Source: the human T2T-CHM13v2.0 reference genome, Homo sapiens. Taken from it: DNA of 64,000 nt. This document shows positions 1 through 23,300 of the stretch, in pieces; within the stretch, counting starts at the first letter, position 1; each line of letters starts with the position of its first letter. The position numbers and the translations under genes are program-made. A model generated the notes under the pieces. That model ran no database searches. It saw only the letters and a program-made list of their open reading frames with translations, and was not told the DNA's origin. The stretch lies in NCBI RefSeq assembly GCF_009914755.1, contig NC_060941.1. The stretch is one strand, 5' to 3'.

Positions 1-359
1 GAGCCACCGCGCCGGGTCATAAACTGCTTTCTTTTTCCTTGGAACTTTATCTGTGGGAGAATTTTGAGTCTTTGATTGAAGTGACTTTCCTCTAGAGAGA
101 ATTTGTATTTGCTTCTGCTTGGCCCCTGGGTGTGCCACCAACCCAGAAACCCTTTCGATTCTGTCGTTGGCATTTTCTTGGGCTACTCACGCAGCATATG
201 TTCATTTGAGCACAAACTATGGGAGGACTGATTTCAAATTCTCAGGGGAGATTTTTTTTTCTTCCATCCAAGGTTAATACAGGCAAGCTTTCTTGCTGCT
301 TCCTTCTGTGAAATGTGTTTTGTTTTTGTTTTATCAGTGCCTTTATACTAAGGTAGTAG

Positions 360-1153
<794 letters not shown>

Positions 1154-1155
1154 TT

Positions 1156-1253
1156 AAGGCTGGTCAGTGAAGCAGTGGGAGTGGAGAAGGTACAAAGAAA
1201 TCTGTAACCGGTTGTGATCAATTAGTTGTAAACACCAATGCACTCAGACCAGC
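1156..1253 (-). pseudogene. Y3 RNA (RNY3) processed pseudogene with A-rich tail (1141-1155)
   Basis: Reverse complement reads GCTGGTCTGAGTGCATTGGTGTTTACAACTAATTGATCACAACCGGTTACAGATTTCTTTGTACCTTCTCCACTCCCACTGCTTCACTGACCAGCCTT, nearly identical to hY3 RNA as recalled. Confidence 0.9.
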
Positions 1254-1722
1254 ATATGGTGCTTTGACACACAGAACTCAAGGAGCCGCAAGATCTCTCT
1301 GACCTTGCCTGCTCACCACCATCTCTCCCAAAGTGAAGTTCCTTTATCGGCCTAAAATCCAGACCCACCAGAAGTAACAATTGTTTTTTTCTTCTCTTCT
1401 CTGTAAACCAAGAATGTAACCTCACCTGAAAAAACTCTTTCACAAAATAATGTACAAGTTCATCTCCGTTCCCCGATCCATTCATTCTTCCTAGTAGTCC
1501 CCTCAACAGAACTCCTCTTCTCCCTCCTCCCATAACCTGTTTTGCCAGTAGGGTATGTAAGCTTCACAACCACACTGGGAGGTGGGCAATCATTCTGTGG
1601 TTCTCCCCCAAGTACACTTTAATAACATTTATACGCCTTTTCTCCAATTAATCTACCTTTTGTGAGTTGATTTTTCAGCAAACCTTCAGAGGGCGAAGGG
1701 GAAGTTTCCCTTGGTCCCTACA
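1254..1722 (+). mobile_element. ERV1 LTR (MER39/MER34-like; subfamily uncertain)
   Basis: 3' end TTTTTCAGCAAACCTTCAGAGGGCGAAGGGGAAGTTTCCCTTGGTCCCTACA typical of this LTR group, ends in CA. Confidence 0.65.
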
Positions 1723-1759
1723 AGTCGTATGCATGTTTGCAGGCGGGTAGAGGCTTCCA

Positions 1760-2205
1760 CCTTCTGCAGGGGCCCCAAAGCCGGAACTGTACATTCCCAG
1801 CATCCCTTGCAGCTGATCGGGAACCTGTGACCAAGGATAAGCTGGGGAACCAACTCCCCTCAGACTTTGGTTTGAAGGCAAGTGAGGCCAACAAGGAAAT
1901 AACAAGATCCTCAATCCTGGGGTGGCAGCGGACTCCAGCATCCAGGGCCAGTGGTGCTGGCCGTGCTGGCATGAGTGTTTGTCCTGCAGGGCCTGAGGAG
2001 GCTATGTCCTCACCAGACCAGCTCTACAGTGAGCTTTGCCCCTGTTCATGCTGTAGTTGCCTTGACCCAGCTTGTTTCCTGAGCCTGGTTATCCTGCCTT
2101 CCTGATAGTTCTGGGAGGTACCTGTGACGTTCCAATAAACTCCTTTTCTGTTTAGGTCTAGGGATGCTTTTTGTTGATTTCAACTGAAAAGCCTAACAAT
2201 TCAGC
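1760..2205 (+). mobile_element. Old ERVL LTR fragment (LTR33/LTR16-like)
   Basis: TTCCAATAAACTCCTTTTCTG...TTCAACTGAAAAGCCTAAC 3' signature; degenerate. Confidence 0.45.
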
Positions 2206-2251
2206 CACAGACAAGGGCAGAGGTGGAGGCCTCAGTCCTACTTGTCCCAGT

Positions 2252-3545
2252 GTTACAGCCTAACAGATTCTTCTTGTCTGCTGCACAGATAAAGTCAATT
2301 CACTGAGACAGTGGTGTTGCAGCAGAGAAAGAGTTTATCATGAGTCAGCCAAGTGGAAGGATAGGAGATTTTTCTCAAATCCACCTCCCCAAGAACTTGG
2401 AAGTTAGGGTTTTTAAGAATAATGTGGTGTTGGGGGCTAGGGAAGGGGCGCTGCTGGCTGGGTATGAAATAATAGAAGTGTCCAAACTGTCTTCTCTGCA
2501 CTGAGTCAGTTTCTGGGTGGGGGGTCACAGTGATACAGAAGAGCTGGGCTCCCAGGTAAACCCCACCCTTGATCCTGGAACTCTAGCCCTAAATGAAAAC
2601 AGCTGACCCCGTTTTCCCACCCAAATGTTGCCTTTTTGGCCTGCTCCGCCCCATCCTGTGCCCATAAAAGACTTCAGCTGGCAGAGCAACACAAGCAGCT
2701 AAGTATTGAGGATACAAGCAGCTGAGTGGCGAGCAGAGAAGCATCTGAGCGTCGGAGACTACAGATAGACGCGGCTAACTTCAGACATTCAAGTGGCCTG
2801 ATTCTTCCTGGATGCTGGATGGACAGAACCTGGGTGCTGAGCGGGTAGGGGCTGCCACCTTGACCCTCCGCTGAGCTGGTTGGTACTTGGCTGTTCCTGG
2901 ATGGCAGAGCTGAAAAAGCATCGGTCGTAACACTCTTGGACGCTGCTGCGGGGCTGCACACAGCCTGCTCCCACCAGAAAGGAGTGACTGGCTGGTTCCG
3001 GCATTTGTTCGCTCCTTACTGCACTCACTCGCTCACGTGCCCCCTCCCACGAGGAGTGGTCAGCGGTGGGCTGAGTTAAAAGAGCCATTCCAGTTCCTGC
3101 CCGTGAGGGGGGTCAAGGGAACTATCCCATCTCATCAGGATGGGGTGAGTCAGCTCCTTGGTATAAGTCACAATCCAGGCGGCTTCCTTTGGTCTGCCCA
3201 CATGCAAATGTCTGAAAAATATCTGAAAAAGACCAATCTTAGGTTTTGAAAATAGTGATGTTGTCTACAGAAGCAACTGGGGAAGTTACAGATCTTGTGA
3301 ACTCTGGCTACATGACTCCTGAGCATCAGGGAATTACAGAAGAACGGCTGGTTATCATTTAACTATGCCTGCATTTTAGTGGAATTCATGCCCCTCCCAT
3401 AATCCTATCATTGTGGCCTTTTATTAGTCTTACAAAGGTGGTTTTAGTCCCCAGAGGGGTCACTTCTGAGAAGGGACTGCTGTCATCCTTTTTCAACGTT
3501 AAACTATAAACTAAATTCCTCCCATAGTTAGCTTGGCCTAGGCCC
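2252..3545 (-). mobile_element. ERV1 LTR (LTR8-like), split by a nested LTR at 2531-3134
   Basis: Starts TGTTAC...; AGAGAAAGAGT, GTTTTTAAG, CTGAGTCAGTTTCTGGGTGGGGG motifs continue collinearly after 3135. Confidence 0.6.
2531..3134 (+). mobile_element. Solo ERV1 LTR (LTR27/LTR28/MER52-like)
   Basis: TG...CA ends (TGATACAGAAG...CCCATCTCA); near-TSD ACAG/TCAG; AAACCCCACCCTT and GAAAACAGCTGACCCC motifs. Confidence 0.65.
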
Positions 3546-3552
3546 AGCCAGA

Positions 3553-5145
<1,593 letters not shown>

Positions 5146-5564
5146 TTGGATTTCTTTTTAGCCCATTTTTCCATGTGAGACCCAGAGAGCTGGGGGGCCC
5201 ACTCAAGGCCTTGCCAAAAGCCAGAAGCCAGTGCAGACCAGAACCCAGATACCCCATTTCCCACCCATCACTGGCCAAAGGGTTAATGGCTGTTGGCAGA
5301 CACAATGTTTTTGTTTTTTATTGATTTGTGTGTTTACATTTGACTTCCCAAAAGTGTCTGAGGCAACTGCCACTGAGGTATCAGGACTTGTGTTTGCTTT
5401 TACCGCACTCCCTCCTGCTGGTAGGGAACCCAGACAGTCCGAGCCATCACAGCCAAACTAGAACGGAGTCAAGCTGCAGCCCAGGGCCAAGGCCGAGGGA
5501 GGCACCAAGAGCCAGGGGCCAAACCAGATCGATCACATTTGCCATCAGGCCAAGCACCATGTCA

Positions 5565-6485
<921 letters not shown>

Positions 6486-8137
6486 AGGTCAGGCTCAGGA
6501 TTGCCCACCCAGCCTTGCAACCCCACCAAGCCCTGCACTGTTATCAGGCTGGGTCCTCTCTTCCCTCGTCCAGAGGGGAATGGAACAGGTATGGAGACAG
6601 GATGTCATTTTGGAGACCCAGGTTTGAATTCTGGTGCTTCCATATCTTGGCTTTGGCATTTGAGCAAAATCATTCACTCTTCTATGCAACAAATATTTAT
6701 TGAGCAACTACTATGGTAAGGCATTAGCCAGGTTCTAGGGAACAAAGATGAGTAAACCACGGTCCCCCCCTCATGACATGACAGTAGGAGAGTCAGATGA
6801 GCCCAGATGGTAACATGATGAGATAGTGGTGTGGCTGGGGCAAAAACAGGCATCTGTGGAGCTCAGAGGGAGCCCCTATCCAGGGAGAGAAGGCCCAGGT
6901 AGAGTCTCCTGGGGAATTCCCTTGGACCACCCATTCATTCAACAAATACATAAAGTGCCTACTGTGTGTCAGGCACTAAGCAAGACACCAGAGAAACAAT
7001 GGTCTACAAGACAGACTTGGCCCCTGAACCAGTAGAACTTCACGGTTGAGTGAGGGAGGAAGACCAGAAGTGCGAGTTGTGAGAAATGCAATGATGGAAA
7101 CACAGCATTGTCATCGAGACTAACACAGGGGATACATATATGGGACAGGGGACGTGAGGCAGAATGTTGTGATGTTGGACCAAAATTAGAGTGTCCTTGT
7201 GAACTTATGCAATATGTATCTATCCTATCTTTGTCTGCTAAAAGTCCTCACTTCCAGGAATGCTGAGTTTACCCGGTGCCCAGATCTTAGTTGCTAAATA
7301 TCCTTCTCCGTGAAAGGGCACCGTTCCCTGAAGAAATGGCTTCTGATCTCAGGGCTGGTGCTGAGGAAGTACAAGGTGCAGCTGGAACATCTTATTATGA
7401 AAGAAAGGAATGGAAGGATGGAAGGAACAGAGGGAGGCAGGGAAGGAGGGGAAGGAAGGATTATAGCATTTCTATATGAAGTCTATTTGTGATACCAAGC
7501 TTGGTAATATAATGAATGAACCAGCTTAAATATAGCACATTTATGTTCTTAAAATAACCAGTGAAGGAAACTAGAAGGCAGAATGGTAAGAGGCCAAGGA
7601 AGGAGGACTTCAGAATGAGAGTGGGAAACAATCGTAGAGGCTGCAAATAAGTAAGATGAGGGCCAAGGTGTATCTGCTGGATTTAGTACGAGAGAGACCT
7701 GTGGTGATGACCAACCACGTGGAGCCCATGTTCACTGGGGAAGTGGGGAGAAGAGGACAGGAGGGTCATCAGTGAAGAGAAGGTAGGTAAAGTCTGGGGA
7801 AGAGCCCAGGATGATGGCACACGCCTGTAAACCCAGCTACTTGGGAGGCTGAGACAGGAGGATCCCTTGATCCCAGGAATTTGAGACCAGCCTAGGCAAC
7901 ATAACAGGACCCTGTCTCACATAAATAAATAACTAAACAAACAAACAAACAGATAAATACAGACAGACATACATCTAGGGAAGACGGAGGTGGCAGGTAG
8001 AAGTGGAAAGAGAAAGAAGCCCAGGACAGGGATTTGAGTTGTTTGATTGACTGATTAAAGCTTAAATAAAGCTTAAGAATTTTGACCAAAAGTGAGTGTG
8101 GTGGTGGCTTGGGGGTGGCATTTAGTCCTCTCTTGGG

Positions 8138-8251
8138 TCTGTTAGCAACTCATCCTGGTTTTTCCAGAACTGTCCTGGTTTTAGCATTGAAAGTACCTCA
8201 TCCTGGGAACCTCCTTAGTCCCGGCAAACTGGGATGGTCACTGTCCACTCT
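8138..8251. mobile_element. MER81-like hAT DNA transposon fossil
   Basis: CAACTCATCCTGGTTT...GGTTTTAGCATTGAAAGT...AGTCCCGGCAAACTGGGATGGT resembles the MER81 consensus as recalled. Confidence 0.6.
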
Positions 8252-8430
8252 CAGGCTGCTACTATCACCATATTCAGTAGTCACTGCCAGACTGGGAAGG
8301 CTAGGCCATATTTATTCATTCAACAAACTTTTGCTGACCCTGGAAATACAATGCCTGCAAAGCATACACAGTCCCTACCCTTACAGACTACGTGAAATTC
8401 TTTATTTGCATTTAAGTGATTTTTTTTTGA

Positions 8431-8607
<177 letters not shown>

Positions 8608-9434
8608 TGAGTAAGGGGGATTACAGACATGCGTCACCACACCCGGATAATTTTTGTATTTTTAGTAGAGACGGGGTTTCACCATGTTGGCCAGGCTGGT
8701 CTCAAACTCCTGACCTCAAGTGATCTGCACGCTTCAGCCTCCCAAAATGCTGGGATTACAGGCGTGACCACCAGGCATGGCCTTGCATTTAAGTGATACT
8801 AATCAAGCTGGATATCCAAAAAGAAAAACAAAAAACAAAATGACAAAGCCTTTTTTTCCTTTAGTATCTTGGTTGAAAATGTGAAAAGTAAGAAAAGTGT
8901 AAAAAGGCAGGAATAAAAAATATTGGCAGATTTCCTTTCAGTATTTTTCCTGCATGTTTCCCAAGTTACTTCCTATCAGTGTCCTAAAAAATGCAAGTTA
9001 ATTTTAACTTTGGCGGCAAACCAAGAACAAAAAGGTTAAGTGTATTGAATTAATTTTTCAAGCCAAAGTTAAAGGATCTGAGGATGATCTGCTGTCTCCA
9101 AGGCTCCAGTCCCTGTTTTTTTCCTTTAGCAGGTGTGATCACACGCTGGCTGAGATGAGTAATGACTTTCCCTCTCCTCAGCAGGCTTGCTGCTGTACAA
9201 TTTTTTTCTTTTTACAAATTAAAATGCTGCATTCACCTGATAATAAAAATCAAGTAGAGGCTGGGTGCAGTGGCTCACGCCTGTAATCCCAGCACTTTGG
9301 GAAGCTGAGGCGGGTGAATCACCTGAGGTTGGGAGTTCGACACCAGCCTGACCAACATGGTGAAACCCCGTCTCTTCCAAAAATACAAAAATTAGCCTGG
9401 CATGGTGGTGGGTGCCTGTAATCCCAGCTACTCA

Positions 9435-9539
<105 letters not shown>

Positions 9540-10193
9540 TTAAAAAAAAATAGGCCGGGCGCGGTGGCTTATGCCTGTAATCCCAGCACTTTGGGAGGCC
9601 AGGGCGGGTGGATCACGAGATCAAGAGTTTGAGACCAGCCTGGCCAACATGGTGAAACCCTGTCTCTACTAAAAATGCAAAAATTAGCCAGGCATGGTGG
9701 TGCACGCCTGTAATCCCAGCTACTTAGGAGGCTGAGGCAGGAGAATCACTTGAACCTGGGAGGGAGAGGTTGCAATGAGCCAAGATTGTGCCACTGTACT
9801 CCAGCCTGGGTGACAGAGCGAGACTCCGTCTCAAAAAAAAAAAAAAAAAAAAAAAAAAAAGTGAAAATTGTGGGCATTTGCAGTCTTTGCTGCCATTAAG
9901 TCTTCTGGATTTTTCTACAGGTTGACTCTAAAAGTTGAAATCCAGTCAAAGATATTTACATTATTATGGCCACATGAACGTTGTTTACCCTCAGGCCAAA
10001 CAATGGGCTGGAATTACACTTGCTTCTCCACACACTCCATCCCATAATCCATGTGTCACTCAAAGGACAATGTGGCAAGCAAGCACTAAGGCCCTAAATT
10101 GATACTGTATCAATTAAATACAATTATGTTGTGTTATAGCTTGTGTTTCATTTATTTTATTTTATTTTTTATTTTTATTTTTCTGAGAGATGA

Positions 10194-10963
<770 letters not shown>

Positions 10964-11194
10964 TGATCATAGCTCACTGCAACCTCAAACTCCTGGGATC
11001 AAGTGATCCTCCTGACTTAGCCTCCACAGTAGCTGGGACTACAGGAGCATGCCATCGCACCTGGATAATTTTTCTTGTATTTTTTGTAGAGATGGAAAGG
11101 GGTTCTCACTATTTTGCCCAGGCTGGTCTTGAACTCCTGGCCTCAAGAGATCCTCTCGTCTCAACCTCTCAAAGCTCTAGGGTTACAGGCGTGA

Positions 11195-11398
<204 letters not shown>

Positions 11399-11827
11399 TG
11401 ATGCCCAGCCTGTTTTGTTGCTTTTTTTTTTTTTTTTTTTTTTTTTTTGAGATGGAGTCTTGCTCTGTCGCCCAGGCTGGAGTGCAGTCATGCGATCTCG
11501 GCTCATTGCAACCTCCACCTCCCGGGTTCAAGCAATTCTCTGCCTCAGCCTCCCGAGTAGCTGAGATTACAGGTGCCTGCCACCGTGCCCAGCTAATTTT
11601 TGTTTTTTTAGTAGAGACAGGGTTTCACCATCTTGGCCAGGCTAGTCTTGAACTCCTGACCTTGTGATCCACCGACCTTGGCCTCCCAAAGTGCTGGGAT
11701 TACAGGCGTGAGCCACCACAACTGGCCCCAGCTGTTTCTTATTTACATTGTGATTTCAGTTTTGAAAATTTTCTGGAGATTCTAACTGCTTTTCTTTCTT
11801 TGCATACTCTTTTTTTTTTTTTTTTGA

Positions 11828-11929
<102 letters not shown>

Positions 11930-12390
11930 TGAGTAGCTGGGACTACAGGCATGCACCACCATGCCCAGCTCTATGGATGCTTTTTCTTGACTCTCTTTAA
12001 GTATATTAGGTAGTACTCTTTGTATCCTGAATTATCTCTGTTTCCTTCAATGTCAAATTTTGTTTGTTAATTTTGGTCTTTCTTTCTTTTTTTTTTTTTT
12101 GAGATAGGGTCTTGCTGTGTTGCCCAGGCTGGAGTGTGGTGGCGTGATCTCAGCTCTCTGCAACCTCTGTCTCCTGGGTTCAAGCAATTCTCTGCCTCAG
12201 CTTCCCGAGTAGCTGGGAACTACAGGCGCCTGCCACCACGTCCGGCTAATTTTTTTGTATTTTTATTAGAGACAGGGTTTCACCATCTTGGCCAGGCAGG
12301 TCTCGATCTCCTGACCTCGTGATCCACCCGCCTCAGCCTCCCAAAGTGCTGCGATTACAGGCGTGAACCATCGCGCCCAGCCAATTTTGG

Positions 12391-12522
12391 TCCTTCCTTC
12401 CTTCCTTCCTTCCTTCCTTTCTTCCTTCCTTCCTTCCTTCCCTCCTTCCCTCCCTCCCTCTTTCCCCCCCTCCCTCCCTCCCTCCCTCCCTCCTTTCTTT
12501 CTTTCTTCCTTTCTTTCTTTCT
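12391..12522. repeat. (CCTT)n/(CCCT)n/(CTTT)n simple repeat
   Basis: Direct inspection. Confidence 0.95.
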
Positions 12523-12832
12523 TTTTGAGACAAGGTCTGTTGCCCAGGCTGGAGTGTAGTGGTGCAATCACAGCTCACTGCAGCCTCAAACTCCTGGGCT
12601 CAAACAATCCTCCTACCTCGGCCTCCTGAGTAGCTGGGACTACAGGCGTGGGCTAATTTTTTAAAACTTTTCTGTAGAGATGGGGTCTTGCTCTTGCCCA
12701 GGCTGATCTTGAACTCCTGGCCCCCAGCCTTGGCCTTCTGGGATTACAGGCGTAAGCCACCTGCCGGACCAATTTTGGTGTTTCTTTTGCATGCTGCTGG
12801 TCCTCCTTAGATGCTTGGCAATCATTGGTAAT

Positions 12833-13110
12833 GATGGGCTTCAGAACGTGCTACCGGCACAGTGAGTGTTTTAAGCTGAAGGAATTTGAGAAAACCGCAG
12901 AAGCCGAAGGATCTTTCTTACCTTCTCCTGCCCTTCTTCCCTGAACCAGGTCATACAACCTGGAACTCCCTGCCCTTTTCCTGAAGAAGCAAATAACAGC
13001 CTCCTGCGAGAGGCGCCCTCCCTGCACCTGGGGGAAAGGAGGGTCCTTATCTCTGAAGACACAGGGACACAGAAGAATCTGAACCAACAGGCCTTCCTGA
13101 GTTCCCCACC
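12833..13110 (+). mobile_element. ERV1 LTR fragment (MER34/MER39-like) adjoining the TNFSF12 promoter
   Basis: TTTTAAGCTGAAGGAATTTGAGAAAA, CCTTATCTCTGAAGACACAGGGACACAG, AATCTGAACCAACAGGCCTT motifs. Confidence 0.6.
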
Positions 13111-13434
13111 TCCCCGCAGGAGGTGCCCGCACACGCATAGCCCCGTCGCTCCCGCGGCCGCACGCAACGGACCTCGCCCTGGTGGTGCACGCCCGGGCTG
13201 GGCGCTCAGAGGTCGGGTGGGCGCCCACTCCGTTCGCTGCGCGCACAGCGCCCGGCGAGAGGCTCGGAGTTTGATCACACACAGCGTCCGGCTTCCTGTC
13301 CCCAGCGCCCCCTCCCGCCCCGTTTCCCTTGCCCCTCCCTCTCCCCGGCCCGATCCGCCCGCCGGCTCCCCCTCCCCCGATCCCTCGGGTCCCGGGATGG
13401 GGGGGCGGTGAGGCAGGCACAGCCCCCCGCCCCC

Positions 13435-21611
<8,177 letters not shown>

Positions 21612-22088
21612 GGGGCCCTGGTCTCCCCGCAGTCGTCCCAGGCTGCCGGCTCCCCTCGACAGCTCTCTGGGCACCCGGTCCCCTCTGCCCCACCCTCAGC
21701 CGCTCTTTGCTCCAGACCTGCCCCTCCCTCTAGAGGCTGCCTGGGCCTGTTCACGTGTTTTCCATCCCACATAAATACAGTATTCCCACTCTTATCTTAC
21801 AACTCCCCCACCGCCCACTCTCCACCTCACTAGCTCCCCAATCCCTGACCCTTTGAGGCCCCCAGTGATCTCGACTCCCCCCTGGCCACAGACCCCCAGG
21901 GCATTGTGTTCACTGTACTCTGTGGGCAAGGATGGGTCCAGAAGACCCCACTTCAGGCACTAAGAGGGGCTGGACCTGGCGGCAGGAAGCCAAAGAGACT
22001 GGGCCTAGGCCAGGAGTTCCCAAATGTGAGGGGCGAGAAACAAGACAAGCTCCTCCCTTGAGAATTCCCTGTGGATTTTTAAAACAGA

Positions 22089-22137
22089 TATTATTTTTAT
22101 TATTATTGTGACAAAATGTTGATAAATGGATATTAAA
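22089..22137 (+). terminator. TNFSF12 3' UTR AU-rich tract and poly(A) signal ATTAAA (22132-22137)
   Basis: TATTATTTTTATTATTATT followed by ATTAAA and a U-rich downstream element. Confidence 0.7.
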
Positions 22138-22389
22138 TAGAATAAGTCATAGTCTCTCTCTTTATTGGGGCTCAGGGGACACTCTCAGGGTAGCTGGGGG
22201 CCACGTGAAGGGGGGCGTTGCGGAGCGGCACAGCTGGAACTCCGGGATGATGTTCAGGCTTGGGGGCGGGGACCTCCATGCCTCCAACCCCCAGGTGGGA
22301 GCAGAGGTAGGAAGGCACACTGCCCAGGAAAAAAATCAATCCTCCGCCCAAGGTACAGCAGAAGCGGCCTCCTTGGCCTAGGAGGCAGA

Positions 22390-22700
22390 CTTCCTCCTGC
22401 GGGGAAATCCCTCCCTGGCTGGGAGGAGCAGGGGCCCTTCCTCTTGGTGGCCTCGGACATTCAGCAGGTGCTGGCACAGGCCCTGGCTGGGAGGTGGGGC
22501 GGGCAGGAGCCAGCCTGGAGGAGGGGCTGAGAGTCAGCAGGCACACGGGAACCCGGAACCCTGTGTGCTGGGGAGGAATCCCGCAGTGGCCGGGGGGCTT
22601 GAGGCCGCTGCTTTGTCTCTTCGTCCAGAGCCTTATGTAAGAGCTTTTCTCGGGAAACAGGAAGTCCTGCTTGCCAATTTCAGCACAGGGAGTAGTGCAG
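22390..22700 (+). promoter_or_regulatory. TNFSF13 promoter motif cluster (NF-kB, bZIP, STAT6-type, ETS)
   Basis: GGGAAATCCC 22402-22411; TTATGTAA 22633-22640; TTCTCGGGAA 22647-22656; ACAGGAAGT 22657-22665. Confidence 0.55.
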
Positions 22701-23300
22701 GCCTTATTCCAACACACCCGGCCCAGCCTTAACCCCAGAACTCAGCCAGTTTCTTGCTTCCGTGCCCCTGGTTCTCCTCCCCATCGAGCCCACCCCTCCT
22801 TTCCCACCTTCAGTCACCCCTAGTGAACTGCCCCAGCGATCTCTGCTGTGCTTGACCCCGAGGGTCTTCCACCCTCGCCCTGACCCTGGACACTGCCCAG
22901 CTTGGCCCCCCATCCTGCTCCTGGCACAATGCCCTCTAGCCAGCCAACCTTCCCTCCCCCAACCCTGGGGCCGCCCCAGGGTTCCTGCGCACTGCCTGTT
23001 CCTCCTGGGTGTCACTGGCAGCCCTGTCCTTCCTAGAGGGACTGGAACCTAATTCTCCTGAGGCTGAGGGAGGGTGGAGGGTCTCAAGGCAACGCTGGCC
23101 CCACGACGGAGTGCCAGGAGCACTAACAGTACCCTTAGCTTGCTTTCCTCCTCCCTCCTTTTTATTTTCAAGTTCCTTTTTATTTCTCCTTGCGTAACAA
23201 CCTTCTTCCCTTCTGCACCACTGCCCGTACCCTTACCCGCCCCGCCACCTCCTTGCTACCCCACTCTTGAAACCACAGCTGTTGGCAGGGTCCCCAGCTC

